64,000 nt of DNA from Vulcanimicrobiales bacterium (GCA_038215615.1 JBBQQR010000008.1:1-64000); one strand, 5' to 3'. Numbered from the stretch's first letter, positions 9,661 to 21,220 are shown. Numbers and translations: made by a program. The notes: generated by a model from the sequence alone, not told the origin.

Positions 9661-10482
9661 CTAGACCGCTACCTCGTACTCGCGAAGTGCCGACTCTAGC
9701 GACGTTTTGCGGTCCGTCGCCTCGCTGCGCGTGCCGATGATCAGCGCGCACGGAACGCCGAAGCTGCCGGCCGCAAAATCTTTGGGAATCGAACCCGGGA
9801 TGACGACAGCGCGTGCGGGCACGCGACCTTTGGCGGTTACCGCGGTACTGCCGCGAACATCGACGATTGGCGTACTCGCGGTAATCACGACGCCGGCGCC
9901 CAGAACGACTTCGCGTTCGACCCGAACGCCTTCAACAATGATGCATCGCGACCCGATGAAGGCGCCGTCTTCAACGATCACCGGCTGCGCTTGCGGCGGC
10001 TCCAAGACTCCCCCGATGCCGACGCCACCGGAGAGATGCACGTTCTTCCCGATTTGCGCGCACGAACCGACGGTCGCCCACGTGTCGACCATCGTGCCTT
10101 CATCTACATATGCGCCGATATTGACGAAACTCGGCATTAGGATCACATCGCGACCCAAAAAGCAGCCATACCTTGCCACGGCGGGCGGCACGCATCGTAC
10201 CCCGATCTTTTTGAAGTTGTTTTTGAGCGGCACTTTGTCATAAAACTGCGGACCGAACCGTGAGCCCGTATACTCGCTTTTCTGTCGCTGGAAATACAAC
10301 AAAATGGCCCGCTTCACCCAAGCGTGCGTCACCCAATCGGTCCCATGTGGTTCACAAACCCGCAACTCACCGCGATCGAGCGCCTTGATGACGGCGTCGA
10401 TTGCTTTCCCGCAGCGGCCTCTCGCGCGCGCGGGCTCTGCGGCGATCGCCTCGATTTCGCCCTGGAGTTCGGCCGGATCCAC
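9661..10482 (-). CDS. dapD: 2,3,4,5-tetrahydropyridine-2,6-dicarboxylate N-succinyltransferase
   Basis: [47 protein letters not shown] and GGVLEP motifs. Confidence 0.95.
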   Translation of the reverse strand: MDPAELQGEIEAIAAEPARARGRCGKAIDAVIKALDRGELRVCEPHGTDWVTHAWVKRAILLYFQRQKSEYTGSRFGPQFYDKVPLKNNFKKIGVRCVPPAVARYGCFLGRDVILMPSFVNIGAYVDEGTMVDTWATVGSCAQIGKNVHLSGGVGIGGVLEPPQAQPVIVEDGAFIGSRCIIVEGVRVEREVVLGAGVVITASTPIVDVRGSTAVTAKGRVPARAVVIPGSIPKDFAAGSFGVPCALIIGTRSEATDRKTSLESALREYEVAV

Positions 10483-10556
10483 AGCGCCTCGCTTACGTCG
10501 CCCGCTTTGCCCGCTCCCGCGAAGGTGGGGGGCGCGAGGGGTACAAAGGGAGCGAA

Positions 10557-12557
10557 GTGCCCAACACGCCCCAGGACGAGCAGCGCATCAACGCGATCCG
10601 TTTTCTATCGGTCGATGCCGTACAGAAGGCAAACTCCGGTCACCCCGGCATGCCTCTCGGTGCCGCGGCCACGGCGTTTACGCTCTGGACCAGGCACCTG
10701 CGGTTCAACCCAAAGGATCCGTCCTGGCTCAATCGCGACCGCTTTATTTTGAGCGCCGGGCACGGTTCGATGCTGCTCTATTCGCTGCTGTATTTGACCG
10801 GCTATGACCTGTCGCTCGACGACCTCAAGCACTTCCGGCAATTGGGAAGCAAAACACCGGGTCACCCCGAGGCGCATCACACGCCGGGCGTAGAGGTGAC
10901 GACCGGTCCGCTGGGCCAAGGCTTCGGAAATTCAGCCGGGTTTGCGATCGCCGAAGCGCATATGGGCGCGGTCTACAATCGCGATCAGCACATCATCGAT
11001 CACTACACGTATGTGATGTGCAGCGATGGCGACATGATGGAAGGCGTCGCTTCGGAAACTGCTTCGATGGGCGGACATTTACAGCTCGGGAAACTGATTG
11101 CGCTTTACGACGACAACAAAGTTTCGCTGGCTGCAGCAACGGATGTCTGCTTTACCGAAGACGTCGCCAAGCGCTTCGAGGCGTACGGCTGGCACACGCA
11201 GTACATCGATCTCGACGAGGGCAACGACGTTGCCACTATCGATCACGCCATCTCCGAAGCAAAAAGCGTTACGGACAAGCCTTCGATGATCGTTATCCGC
11301 ACGCACATCGGTTACGGCTCCCCCAAACAGGATTCGTTCAAGTCGCACGGAGAGCCGCTAGGCCACGACGACCTCAAGCGCACCAAAGAAAACCTCGGCT
11401 GGCCCGTTGAACCGGACTTTTACGTCCCCGACGACGTTTTGAAATTCTACCGCGAAGCCGGCGCACGCGGAGCCGAGCTGCAAGCACAGTGGCAGCGCAC
11501 TTTCGACGAATGGGCATCCGCCAACGCCGAGCTGGCGGCGCAGCTCGCGCGCACGCTGAAAAATCATCCTCCGCAAACGATTCCGTGGCCGGCGATCGAC
11601 AAAGGCAACGGCGACAACGTCGCGACGCGCGACACCGGCGGCCAAGTGATGAACGCAGTCGCGGCTGCGCTGCCCGAACTGATCGGCGGTTCGGCCGATC
11701 TGGATCCGTCCACGAAAACCTATCTCAAAGACGGCGGCGACTTCCAGCCCGCCCAATATGCGGGACGCAACATTCATTACGGCGTGCGCGAGCACGCGAT
11801 GGGCGCCATCAACAACGGGATCGCGCTGCATGGCGGCCTGCTGCCGTTCGGCGCCACATTCCTGAACTTCTTGGATTACATGAAGGGCGCGGTCCGACTC
11901 GCCGCGCTCAATACAATTCGCTGTTACTACATCTTCACGCACGACTCGGTTTTCTTGGGCGAGGACGGCCCGACGCATCAGCCGATCGAGCACTTCGCGC
12001 ACATGCGCGCCATTCCGAACTTGAAAATGATCCGGCCGGCGGACTCGCTCGAGACGCTCGAAGCGTGGAAAGTCATGATCGCGGCAACCGAAGGACCGTG
12101 GGCACTGGTGCTCAGCCGCCAGAAACTTCCGTATCTGGGCGACCGCAATGCCGCCGTCTCGCGCGGAGCCTACATTCTCAGCGACCCGGACTGCACTCCT
12201 GATCTTCTTTTGATCGCGACCGGCTCGGAGGTTTCGCTCGCAGCGCAAGCTGCAAAACTTCTCAACGGTCGCGGGACTGCGACGCGAGTCGTCTCGATGC
12301 CGTGCTGGGAGCTGTTTGAGGCGCAGCCCCAAGCCTATCGCGACCAAGTGCTTCCGCCCGACATTACGGCCCGTATGTCCATTGAAGCCGCAGCCACTTT
12401 CGGCTGGGAGCGCTGGATTGGCACCCGGGGTTTTGCGTTCGGCATCGATCATTTCGGCGCGTCGGCGCCGGCCGGGGATATCGCAAAAGAGTACGGTTTC
12501 ACGCCCGAAAATATTGCTGCAATCGCGGCGCAACATTTCGCGCCGGTAAGAGGTTAA
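10557..12557 (+). CDS. tkt: Transketolase
   Basis: [30 protein letters not shown] and GEDGPTHQP motifs; start set at GTG 10557 after GGGAG. Confidence 0.97.
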   Translation: MPNTPQDEQRINAIRFLSVDAVQKANSGHPGMPLGAAATAFTLWTRHLRFNPKDPSWLNRDRFILSAGHGSMLLYSLLYLTGYDLSLDDLKHFRQLGSKTPGHPEAHHTPGVEVTTGPLGQGFGNSAGFAIAEAHMGAVYNRDQHIIDHYTYVMCSDGDMMEGVASETASMGGHLQLGKLIALYDDNKVSLAAATDVCFTEDVAKRFEAYGWHTQYIDLDEGNDVATIDHAISEAKSVTDKPSMIVIRTHIGYGSPKQDSFKSHGEPLGHDDLKRTKENLGWPVEPDFYVPDDVLKFYREAGARGAELQAQWQRTFDEWASANAELAAQLARTLKNHPPQTIPWPAIDKGNGDNVATRDTGGQVMNAVAAALPELIGGSADLDPSTKTYLKDGGDFQPAQYAGRNIHYGVREHAMGAINNGIALHGGLLPFGATFLNFLDYMKGAVRLAALNTIRCYYIFTHDSVFLGEDGPTHQPIEHFAHMRAIPNLKMIRPADSLETLEAWKVMIAATEGPWALVLSRQKLPYLGDRNAAVSRGAYILSDPDCTPDLLLIATGSEVSLAAQAAKLLNGRGTATRVVSMPCWELFEAQPQAYRDQVLPPDITARMSIEAAATFGWERWIGTRGFAFGIDHFGASAPAGDIAKEYGFTPENIAAIAAQHFAPVRG

Positions 12558-12565
12558 GGGAGTCC

Positions 12566-15406
12566 ATGAGCAACCAACTGGCACAACTACTCGCCGCCGG
12601 ACAGAGTGTGTGGCTCGACAATCTCCGGCGCGGAATGTTCGCTTCGGGCGAGCTCCAGGGCCTCATCGACAAAGGCCTGCGCGGAATGACTTCCAATCCG
12701 ACGATTTTTGAGAAAGCCATCGGCAGCGGCAACGACTACGACGAGCAGCTGCGCTCCTTGATCGGCAAAGAGCGCGACGCCAGCGCCTTGTTTTGGGACC
12801 TCGCGGTTGAGGACATTTGCAGCGCGTGCGATCTCTTCCGGCCCGTTTACGACAGCTCGGGCGGAAATGACGGCTTCGTCAGCATCGAAGTTTCGCCGCT
12901 GATCGCACACGACACCAAGGCCACCGTAACGATGGCCAAAGAGCTTTGGAAGCGCATCGACCGCCCGAACCTGATGGTAAAAATCCCGGGCACGAACGAA
13001 GGCGTCCCCGCGATCGAAGAGTGCGTCGCCGAAGGCATCAACATCAACGTGACCCTCATCTTCGCGATCGAGATGTACGAAAAAACTGCGCGCGCGTACG
13101 TGCGCGGCCTGCAGCGCCGCGCAAAAAAGGGCCTTCCGATCGATAAGCAACGCTCGGTGAACAGCGTCTTCGTGAGCCGCATAGACACGCTCATCGACAA
13201 ATTGCTGCAAGCGCGCATCGACAAAGGCGAGACGCAGTTAGAGGCGCTGCTGGGCAAAACCGGCATCGCCAATCTGAAACTCACCTATCAAAAATATTTG
13301 GAAATCTTCGAATCCGAACAGTGGGCGCCGCTCAGAGCCAAAGGCGGCGCGGAACAGCGTCCGCTCTGGGCTTCGACCTCGACGAAAAACCCGAAGTATC
13401 CCGACCTTATGTACGTAGAGCCCGTGATCGCGCGCAATACAGTCAACACGATGCCCCCGCAAACCCTCGATGCGGTACTGGATCACGCCAAAATCGTGCC
13501 GGACACGATTCTGCAAGGTGTCGATGATGCGCGCGAAACCCTAAAGGGTTTAGCCTCCAACGGCATCTCGCTCTTCGACGTCACCTATCAGCTGCAGGTC
13601 GAAGGCGTGAGCGCGTTCAGCGATTCGTTCGCCGGCCTGCTGGGTGCGATCGTCTACAAGCAGAAGCAGCTGAGTTCGGGTTCGGAACGGGTTGCGCTGT
13701 CACTCGGCTCAAACCAAGGCGCGTACGACACCGCAATACAAATGCTCGCGGACCGGGACTTTCTAAAAAAACTCTGGGCGAAAGACCCGGCCCTGTGGTC
13801 GAACGATCCGCAGCACTCGGAAATCATCAAACACGCTCTGGGATGGCTCGACGTTCCCGAACACATGATCGAGAACGTTTCCAATTTGCAGAGCTTCGCT
13901 AAGGAGATCGCTGGAGAGTTTACCGATGTCGTCGTGCTCGGGATGGGCGGAAGTTCGCTTGCGCCCGACATCATGCGGGAAACGTTCGGAAAAACTGAAG
14001 GCTATCCGGCGCTGCACGTCCTCGATTCCACCGATCCCGAGCAGATCCGCGAGCTCGAGGCCGCGATCGATCTGAGTTCGACGTTGTTCATCGTCGCCAG
14101 CAAGAGCGGCACGACGACCGAACCCGACGCTTTCTACCGTTTTTTCTGCGAACGAGTCACCAAGAGTGCAGGCTCAGGCAAGTGCGGGCGGCATTTCGTT
14201 GCCATAACCGACGAAGGCACGCAACTGGAAACCGAAGCGAAGGCGCAAGGCTTCAGATCGTGCTTCCTCAACGACCCGCACATCGGCGGCCGCTACTCCG
14301 CCCTGTCCTTCTTCGGCATGCTGCCCGCTGCGCTAGCCGGTTACAACATCAACCTCCTTTTGGATCGTAGCCTGGGCGCTCTGCACGCAAACGACAAGAC
14401 CGTGGCCCCGAAGGATGCGCCGGGCGCGCGCTTCGGCGCCGCGATCGGCGGGCTCGCGATCGCAGGCCGCGACAAGCTCACGATCGTTATGCACCCGTCG
14501 GTGCGCGCGTTTGGCGCGTGGGCGGAGCAGCTCATCGCCGAATCGACCGGCAAAATGGGCAAGGGCATTCTGCCTGTTGAGGGCGAGCCGCTCGGTGTGC
14601 CGTCGGATTACGGCAACGACCGCGTCTTCGTCTACGTCGGCGCGGGTCTGCCGGACCAACCCAAAGATATCGACGCGAAGCTGCGCGATCTCGAAACGGC
14701 CGGTCATCCCGTCATCAGGCTGGCGATGAACGACGCATACGACGTCGGCGAGCTTTTCTACACCTGGGAAGTCGCGACGGCCGCGGCCGGTTCTATTTTG
14801 CAGATCGACGCATTCGATCAGCCCAACGTGCAAGAATCCAAAGACAATACCAAAGCGCTCCTCAAACAATTTGCGAGCACGGGCAAATTCGATGAACCCA
14901 CGCCGGCGGTTACGGGTGACGTCATGGACATCTCGTTCTTTTCGGGGAGCGAAGAAGTCCACGCGCACGATCCGGCTGCAGCGCTGGCAGGCGTCTTCGG
15001 AGAAGTTGGCGCGGGCGATTACGTGGCGTTCTGCGCCTACATCGCACGCAACGACAAGCACGCTGCTTTGCTCGAAGAGATGCGCGTCAAGGTTCGCGAC
15101 GCGCGCAAATGCGCGACGACGGTCGGATTCGGCCCGCGGTTTTTACATTCGACCGGGCAAGAACACAAGGGCGGCCCCGACACCGGCGTATTCGTACAGA
15201 TCACGGCCGACTCGCCCGACGACATGCCGATTCCGGGCATGGGCATCACCTTCCGCACGCTGATCGCCGCGCAAGCGCTCGGAGATCTGCAGTCGCTCGA
15301 CAAGCGCGACCGCCGCGGCATGCGCGTTCACTTGAAAGGCGACCTCGATCGCGGCCTCGCGGCGCTAAATTCGCTCATCGGCGATTCGCTCACGGCGAAA
15401 GCATGA
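12566..15406 (+). CDS. Bifunctional transaldolase / glucose-6-phosphate isomerase fusion
   Basis: N-terminal transaldolase (TSNPTIF, MVKIPGT, LWASTSTKNP) fused to PGI (GMGGSSL, SKSGTTTE, GGRYS, QLIAESTGK, FDQPNVQESK). Confidence 0.93.
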   Translation: MSNQLAQLLAAGQSVWLDNLRRGMFASGELQGLIDKGLRGMTSNPTIFEKAIGSGNDYDEQLRSLIGKERDASALFWDLAVEDICSACDLFRPVYDSSGGNDGFVSIEVSPLIAHDTKATVTMAKELWKRIDRPNLMVKIPGTNEGVPAIEECVAEGININVTLIFAIEMYEKTARAYVRGLQRRAKKGLPIDKQRSVNSVFVSRIDTLIDKLLQARIDKGETQLEALLGKTGIANLKLTYQKYLEIFESEQWAPLRAKGGAEQRPLWASTSTKNPKYPDLMYVEPVIARNTVNTMPPQTLDAVLDHAKIVPDTILQGVDDARETLKGLASNGISLFDVTYQLQVEGVSAFSDSFAGLLGAIVYKQKQLSSGSERVALSLGSNQGAYDTAIQMLADRDFLKKLWAKDPALWSNDPQHSEIIKHALGWLDVPEHMIENVSNLQSFAKEIAGEFTDVVVLGMGGSSLAPDIMRETFGKTEGYPALHVLDSTDPEQIRELEAAIDLSSTLFIVASKSGTTTEPDAFYRFFCERVTKSAGSGKCGRHFVAITDEGTQLETEAKAQGFRSCFLNDPHIGGRYSALSFFGMLPAALAGYNINLLLDRSLGALHANDKTVAPKDAPGARFGAAIGGLAIAGRDKLTIVMHPSVRAFGAWAEQLIAESTGKMGKGILPVEGEPLGVPSDYGNDRVFVYVGAGLPDQPKDIDAKLRDLETAGHPVIRLAMNDAYDVGELFYTWEVATAAAGSILQIDAFDQPNVQESKDNTKALLKQFASTGKFDEPTPAVTGDVMDISFFSGSEEVHAHDPAAALAGVFGEVGAGDYVAFCAYIARNDKHAALLEEMRVKVRDARKCATTVGFGPRFLHSTGQEHKGGPDTGVFVQITADSPDDMPIPGMGITFRTLIAAQALGDLQSLDKRDRRGMRVHLKGDLDRGLAALNSLIGDSLTAKA

Positions 15407-15430
15407 TCTTTGGCCGAGGCGCGGAGTAAC

Positions 15431-16336
15431 ATGCAACTAGGGATGGTCGGGCTTGGGCGCATGGGCGCGAATATGACGACGCGCCTCATCGCCGGCGGCC
15501 ATTCGGTGATCGCGTACGATCGCAGTGCGGACGCGGTAAAAGCGAGTGCGAGCGGCGGAGCGACGGGCGCGGGTTCGTTAGCGGAGCTCGTTGCGAAATT
15601 CACGCATGCGCCCCGTGTCGTGTGGCTGATGGTGCCGTCGGGAAAACCCACAGACGACACGATCGACGAACTGTTAGGATTGCTTGCATCCGGGGATGTG
15701 ATCGTCGACGGCGGGAACACGAATTACCAGGTAGGCCTCGCCGCATACGAGCGATGCAAGGCCAAAGGCGTGTCGCTGGTCGATGCGGGCACGAGCGGCG
15801 GCGTGTGGGGCTTAAACGAGGGTTACTGTCTCATGGTCGGCGGCGATTCCGCCGCGGTCACCTATTGCGAGCCGATCTTTTTGACGCTGGCACCCAAAGG
15901 CGGATACGCGCATGTGGGGCCGGCGGGGGCCGGGCATTTCTCGAAGATGGTGCACAACGGCATCGAGTACGGTTTACTGCAAGCCTACGGCGAGGGATTC
16001 GAGATCCTCAAGAAGTCGCAGTTCCCGTTCGATTTGAAGCAACTGGCCGAAATATGGCGCTACGGCAGCGTCATCCGGTCGTGGCTGCTGGACCTGGCCG
16101 TGCTTGCATTCCAAGCCGACCCCGATCTGAAAGATATTCGCGGCTGGGTCGACGACACGGGCGAAGGGCGCTGGACGGTGCAAGCTGCGATCGACGAAAA
16201 CGTGCCGGCGCCCGTGATTACGCTTTCGCTGCTCGCGCGTTTCGCGTCACGTCAAGACGAATCGTATAGCGCCAAAGTGATCGCCGCGCTGCGCAACCAG
16301 TTTGGCGGTCACGCGATCAAATCCGAAAAGCCCTGA
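15431..16336 (+). CDS. gnd: 6-phosphogluconate dehydrogenase, decarboxylating (short form)
   Basis: GLGRMG, DAGTSGG, KMVHNGIEYG and ALRNQFGGH motifs; GGAG RBS before ATG 15431. Confidence 0.95.
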   Translation: MQLGMVGLGRMGANMTTRLIAGGHSVIAYDRSADAVKASASGGATGAGSLAELVAKFTHAPRVVWLMVPSGKPTDDTIDELLGLLASGDVIVDGGNTNYQVGLAAYERCKAKGVSLVDAGTSGGVWGLNEGYCLMVGGDSAAVTYCEPIFLTLAPKGGYAHVGPAGAGHFSKMVHNGIEYGLLQAYGEGFEILKKSQFPFDLKQLAEIWRYGSVIRSWLLDLAVLAFQADPDLKDIRGWVDDTGEGRWTVQAAIDENVPAPVITLSLLARFASRQDESYSAKVIAALRNQFGGHAIKSEKP

Positions 16337-17895
16337 TGGCCAAAACGATGGCCACCAAGACCGCCGGGGTGGCGCACGCGGCCCCCAACCCGTTACGCGA
16401 AGGTATCGAAAGCAATCGCGTACCGGATCCGTGCACGATCGTTTTCTTCGGCGCCAGCGGCGACCTATTCAAGCGCATGCTGATCCCGGCGATTTACAGT
16501 TTGCGCGCGGACGACATCCTGCCGATCAACTTCGGGCTCATCGGATTCGCGCGCACGCCATATACCGACGAACAGTTTCGCGACTACTGTAAACAGGCGG
16601 CGCAGCAAGATTTGGGTCAAGACGCGATCAAAGAGCCGCTCTGGGACGACCTGGCGAAACGCATCAGCTACATCACCGCCGATTTTGACGACACCTCGCA
16701 CTTCGAAGCGCTTAAAACGCGGCTTGACGAGTACGAGAAACAGTTTGGAGCCGGAAAAAACCGCCTCTTCTATCTGGCGACTCCGCCACCGGTTTTTCCG
16801 AAAATCATCGATCAGTTGAAAAAAGCCGGATTGGATCCGGCGGCCAACCCCGACGGCTGGACGCGCATCATCGTCGAGAAACCCTTCGGGACCGATCTCG
16901 CGTCGGCGCGGGCCTTGCAAACGGAAGTTGAGAAGGTTTTCACGGAGCGTCAGGTCTACCGCATCGACCATTATCTAGGCAAAGAGACGGTCCAAGACAT
17001 CATGGCGCTGCGTTTCGCCAACACGATTTTCGAGCCGATTTGGAGCCGCAATTATATCCAGTCGGTGCAGATCACTTCGGCGGAAACCCTCGGCGTGGAG
17101 GCTCGCGGGGCGTACTACGACAACGCGGGCGCTCTGCGCGATATGATTCAGAACCATGTCCTCAACTTGTTGGCGCTCGTCGCAATGGAGCCGCCGGCGA
17201 GTTCCGACGCCGATGCAATCCGCAACGAAAAGTACAAAGTTTTTTCGGCGATCGAGCCACCGGCTCACGAACGAGTCTTCGACATGTCCGTCCGCGGCCA
17301 GTATGGGCCGGGCACGATCGGCCGCGAAAAAGTCGCCGGCTACCGGTCGGAACCCGACGTCAGCCCGACGTCGAATACCGAGACATATGCGGCCGTGAAG
17401 CTCTATATCAACAGCTGGCGCTGGGCGGGGGTTCCGTTTTTTCTGCGCAGCGGGAAGCGGCTGGCGCGCAAAGTTTCCGAAATCGCTATCACCTTCAATC
17501 CGATTCCGCACCGTCTTTTTGGCGAGAAAAGCGATACGATCGAACAAAACGTCTTGGTGATCAAAATCCAACCCGACGAAGGCGTCTCGATCCGTTTCAA
17601 CGCCAAAGTCCCCGGACCAAAAAATCACATTCGCGGCGTCACAATGGACTTTAACTACGGCACGGGATTCGGCGTCCAGTCAGCGCCCGCGTACGAACGA
17701 CTGCTCTCCGATGCGATGCGCGGCGACGCGACCCTCTTCACGCGCTGGGATGCGGTCCAGCGCGCCTGGGAAATCGTCATGCCGATTCTCGACGTCTGGC
17801 AATCGATCAAAGACCGCTCGTTCCCCAACTACGCCGCGGGAACCGAAGGCCCGGAAGCGGCGAACGCGCTCAATTCCGGCTGGCGCACGCTGTGA
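16336..17895 (+). CDS. zwf: Glucose-6-phosphate 1-dehydrogenase
   Basis: GASGDL, EKPFG, RIDHYLGKE and RDMIQNH motifs. Confidence 0.97.
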   Translation: MAKTMATKTAGVAHAAPNPLREGIESNRVPDPCTIVFFGASGDLFKRMLIPAIYSLRADDILPINFGLIGFARTPYTDEQFRDYCKQAAQQDLGQDAIKEPLWDDLAKRISYITADFDDTSHFEALKTRLDEYEKQFGAGKNRLFYLATPPPVFPKIIDQLKKAGLDPAANPDGWTRIIVEKPFGTDLASARALQTEVEKVFTERQVYRIDHYLGKETVQDIMALRFANTIFEPIWSRNYIQSVQITSAETLGVEARGAYYDNAGALRDMIQNHVLNLLALVAMEPPASSDADAIRNEKYKVFSAIEPPAHERVFDMSVRGQYGPGTIGREKVAGYRSEPDVSPTSNTETYAAVKLYINSWRWAGVPFFLRSGKRLARKVSEIAITFNPIPHRLFGEKSDTIEQNVLVIKIQPDEGVSIRFNAKVPGPKNHIRGVTMDFNYGTGFGVQSAPAYERLLSDAMRGDATLFTRWDAVQRAWEIVMPILDVWQSIKDRSFPNYAAGTEGPEAANALNSGWRTL

Positions 17896-18788
17896 CGACG
17901 GCTACCGCGTCAAGCACGACCGTCAATCTGATCGCATTTGTCGAGGATCCGGCTACGGTTCCGCGGCTGCGCGACCGCTTTTCTACGTTTGCTGAAAAGC
18001 ACTCGTGCCGGGCGATCTTTCTGAACGCGACGCGCTCCGGAGACGGCCCGAATGAGACAGAGCTCGGCGTAGCCAGCATGCCAGCCGACGAGCTCCGCTC
18101 GACCGTCCACGATCTTTTGATCGGAGGCGTTGGTTCGGCACTCTTTTGGGCTGGGCGCACCCTGAACGATCCCCGGTTCGAAGCGCTCGCGTCGCTTGGG
18201 ACGACGGTCGTCGTCGACAGCTCGCGCGCCGCCGACGGCAAAGCTTCGCTTCAAAAACTGGCCGAGATCAGCTCCTCCACGGATCGCTTCGTGCGCGATC
18301 TCTCGTATCTCCGGCTGCTGCCCTGGCAAGACATGGTCGCACAGTTTTTTGACGACGCCGAGCTCGCGCAGGAGCTTCCGCGTATTGCCGGCGTCGAAGT
18401 CGTCAGCGGTTCGGAGCCCGAGGCCTACTATTTCGCCGGGTGGCTGGCCAGCCGTCTGCGCTGGAAGCCCTGCGGCCGGAACGAACTCTGCAACGACGCG
18501 GGCGACATCATCAAAGTCGAAATAGAACGCCGCGGCGAGCCAAGGCGCGTACTCAGTGTCGCGTTACGGAGCGAGCAGTGCGCCTTCTCAGCCGTACTCG
18601 AGGCAGACGCGGGCGATCTCGTTTGTCTGAGCGTAACCGGAAAGCCGCAACGGGACAAGCGGTGCGCGCCGCTGCACGACGTCGATTTGGTTTCGCTCGT
18701 CGAACAAGCGATGTTCGTTCCCCACAACGATCCGGTCTTTGCCGACGCGCTAAAGATGGCGCGCGCCATTCTCGACTCGGAACGGTGA
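17892..18788 (+). CDS. opcA: Glucose-6-phosphate dehydrogenase assembly protein OpcA-like
   Basis: Position between zwf and pgl; VVDS, DLSYLRLLPWQ...AQFFD and AGWLASRLRW motifs. Confidence 0.82.
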   Translation: MTTATASSTTVNLIAFVEDPATVPRLRDRFSTFAEKHSCRAIFLNATRSGDGPNETELGVASMPADELRSTVHDLLIGGVGSALFWAGRTLNDPRFEALASLGTTVVVDSSRAADGKASLQKLAEISSSTDRFVRDLSYLRLLPWQDMVAQFFDDAELAQELPRIAGVEVVSGSEPEAYYFAGWLASRLRWKPCGRNELCNDAGDIIKVEIERRGEPRRVLSVALRSEQCAFSAVLEADAGDLVCLSVTGKPQRDKRCAPLHDVDLVSLVEQAMFVPHNDPVFADALKMARAILDSER

Positions 18789-19522
18789 CGGCACCCCAGC
18801 GGGGCGAACTCCGAGTTTTTGATACGCCCCAAGCCGTCGCCGAGGCCCTCGTGGAGCTTTTTCTTGAACAGGTGCGTACGGCGATCGAAACACGCGGTTT
18901 GTTTTATGTCGCTTTGGCAGGCGGGCGTACGCCGCAATCTGCGTATTCCTTGCTTGCCGGAACGCAACGGCGCGACGCGATCGACTGGCCGCACGTGTTT
19001 ATCTATTTCGGGGACGAACGGTGCGTGCCGCCCGAGAGCGATGAATCGAACTACAAGATGGCGTTCGATTCATTTCTTTCGCACGTTCCGGTGCCACCGC
19101 AAAACGTTCACCGCATGCACGGCGAGGACGAACCCGGTCGGGCGGCGCGCGCTTACTCGCAGGTGCTTGTCGAGACGATGGGCGAGCTGCCACGTTTCGA
19201 TCTGATGCTCTTAGGGATGGGCGACGACGGACATACGGCCTCGCTCTTTCCGGGAACAGAGCCGAGGGCCGATGAGGATAAGCTCGTGCGTGCCGTTCTC
19301 GCCGAAACGCGCGACCCTCAGCGCCTAACGATGACGCCCCTCGTCATCAATAACTCAAGGCATGTCATTATCGCAGCTGAAGGCGTGGGCAAAGCGTCAA
19401 CCCTGCGAGCCGTGCGCGAAGGACCTTACGATCCGGTCAAGTATCCCGTGCAGATCGTTTTGCCCGTCGACGGCACTTTAACATGGCTAGCGGACAAAGC
19501 CGCCGCCGGCCTAGCGGGTTAG
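18785..19522 (+). CDS. pgl: 6-phosphogluconolactonase
   Basis: LAGGRTP, GDERCVP, SNYKM and LGMGDDGHTASLFP motifs; GTG overlaps the opcA stop. Confidence 0.95.
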   Translation: MTAPQRGELRVFDTPQAVAEALVELFLEQVRTAIETRGLFYVALAGGRTPQSAYSLLAGTQRRDAIDWPHVFIYFGDERCVPPESDESNYKMAFDSFLSHVPVPPQNVHRMHGEDEPGRAARAYSQVLVETMGELPRFDLMLLGMGDDGHTASLFPGTEPRADEDKLVRAVLAETRDPQRLTMTPLVINNSRHVIIAAEGVGKASTLRAVREGPYDPVKYPVQIVLPVDGTLTWLADKAAAGLAG

Positions 19523-21220
19523 AATCGTTCCGGTCGCGCGCTGAATTTCAACGACCGCTTTATTGAGGTCGGTCTGCGCCTGTAATTCAAGACCGCGATT
19601 ATTGGCGACCGCGATTTCTCGCTGCAGCACGAGGTATGTCGTGGACTCTCCGGCGCGAAAGCGACGCTGTTCGCTGGCAAGCACGGCTTCGGATGCTTGA
19701 CGCGCTGCGCGTGCCGCGCCTAAGCGAGCAAGGGCGCTTTGATAGGCCTGAAGAGCATTGCGCACTTCGACCGTCACGCGCTGGATCGTGGATGCCTCTT
19801 GCAGCTGCGTGATCGTCTCTTGCTCTTGCGCGATCGCTAGGTTTGCTTTGGCGGTGTGATCGCCGACGGGAAACGAAACCAGCAGCCCTGCCGTGTAAAC
19901 CGGAAACCTGCTGCCCAACAGATTGCGGATCGACTGGGCGAGTCCGCCGGAAAGATACGAAGGCACTGGGGTATTCGAACTCGGGATCGGCGCGATGCGC
20001 TGGTTCACGGGCAGCGTGGGGTTGACTGCGGCAATCAGCGCGTTTATTGCACTCAGCTGCTGTGCGCTGCTCGCCGCAAACGGACTGTTGGCCGGATTGG
20101 TTGGAATGCCGGCAAACCCGTTGCTCGCATAGCCGGCTTGCAAATCCACTTGGGGTTTCGTTTGATTCTGCGCGTAACGAAGATTGACGTCGGCCGCCGC
20201 GCGCGCCTGGCGCAACTGCTCGATCTCGGGACGGTTGCGGAGCGCCGTCAAAACCAATTCAGTAAGCGACGGCTCTTGCGGTAACTGCAAGACTTGGCCG
20301 GTCGGAACCAGGTTCGCGTTCCAAATCGGATCGGCCGGATTGTCGCTGAGCAGGCTCTTCAACTGGTTCTGCAGGCCGCCGACACGCGCAAGCGCGCCGT
20401 AGATGTTTTCTTGAAACACGGAGATCTGTGTATTGGCCTGCACGACGTCTATCGGTGCGGAAACGCCTTGCTGCGCAAGCCTCACGTTGCTATGCTGCTG
20501 GGCAACAGTCTCTCGCAGGGCCTGTTCTTGAATCGCAGCATTGCGCCAAGCGGCGACCAGATCCCAATACACGTTCTCGACTTGAGCCACGGTATCGGCG
20601 GTCGCGCTGCGCGCACGCTGCGCGACGCTGCGATCGTTGATTTGCGCCAGCTGCAAATTGCGCGAGAAGTCGTTCGTGCCGCGGCCGCGCCCCAACGGCT
20701 GAGAAAAGTTGACGGAAAACACCGTGGGGTAGGCTGGATCGAACGCGTTAATCGTGGTGTTGTCGTACGTTTGCCGGCCCGATGCATTGACGCTATACTG
20801 CTGGCCTGCGGGAGTCACGCCTTGCGCGCCCGCGCTCACCGAGGTTGTGCGCTGTATGATCGATCCAAAGTCGGGTCCGGCGAAAAACGCGTTTTGCGGT
20901 GCCGCAGTCACATACTGATATTGCGGCTGCAGCATAAAGCGGATGTCGTATGCGCCCTGCGCCGCCACGATCTGATAGTGTGCGATGCGCCGGTTTGCTT
21001 GCGCGATTTCGAGGTCGGGATTTTTCGACAGCGCCATCCCGACGGCGTCGGGGAGCGATATTCCGACGAATTCCTGCTGCGTCACGCCGATGACGTTAGG
21101 CGAAGCGGCTGGCAGGGGCGGCGCCGCGTACCCTGGTGCAACGGTTGGAATGCGCGGAAGAACCGGAGCGGGCGCAGGCGTCGGGACGGCGGCCACCGCG
21201 AGCAGCAGAGCTAGCAGCAC
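19511..21220 (-). CDS. TolC family outer membrane efflux protein
   Basis: Signal-like N-terminus and two OEP repeats (ALSKNPDL, ALRNRPEI, RRFRAGEST). Confidence 0.85.
   Translation of the reverse strand: MLLALLLAVAAVPTPAPAPVLPRIPTVAPGYAAPPLPAASPNVIGVTQQEFVGISLPDAVGMALSKNPDLEIAQANRRIAHYQIVAAQGAYDIRFMLQPQYQYVTAAPQNAFFAGPDFGSIIQRTTSVSAGAQGVTPAGQQYSVNASGRQTYDNTTINAFDPAYPTVFSVNFSQPLGRGRGTNDFSRNLQLAQINDRSVAQRARSATADTVAQVENVYWDLVAAWRNAAIQEQALRETVAQQHSNVRLAQQGVSAPIDVVQANTQISVFQENIYGALARVGGLQNQLKSLLSDNPADPIWNANLVPTGQVLQLPQEPSLTELVLTALRNRPEIEQLRQARAAADVNLRYAQNQTKPQVDLQAGYASNGFAGIPTNPANSPFAASSAQQLSAINALIAAVNPTLPVNQRIAPIPSSNTPVPSYLSGGLAQSIRNLLGSRFPVYTAGLLVSFPVGDHTAKANLAIAQEQETITQLQEASTIQRVTVEVRNALQAYQSALARLGAARAARQASEAVLASEQRRFRAGESTTYLVLQREIAVANNRGLELQAQTDLNKAVVEIQRATGTILTR

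Noticed and set aside
11358..12584. Long antisense ORFs (also 20294-21214, 40198-41205, 42940-44256, 55913-56956)
   Set aside because: Shadow frames of well-supported genes, expected in GC-rich DNA; no recognisable motifs.
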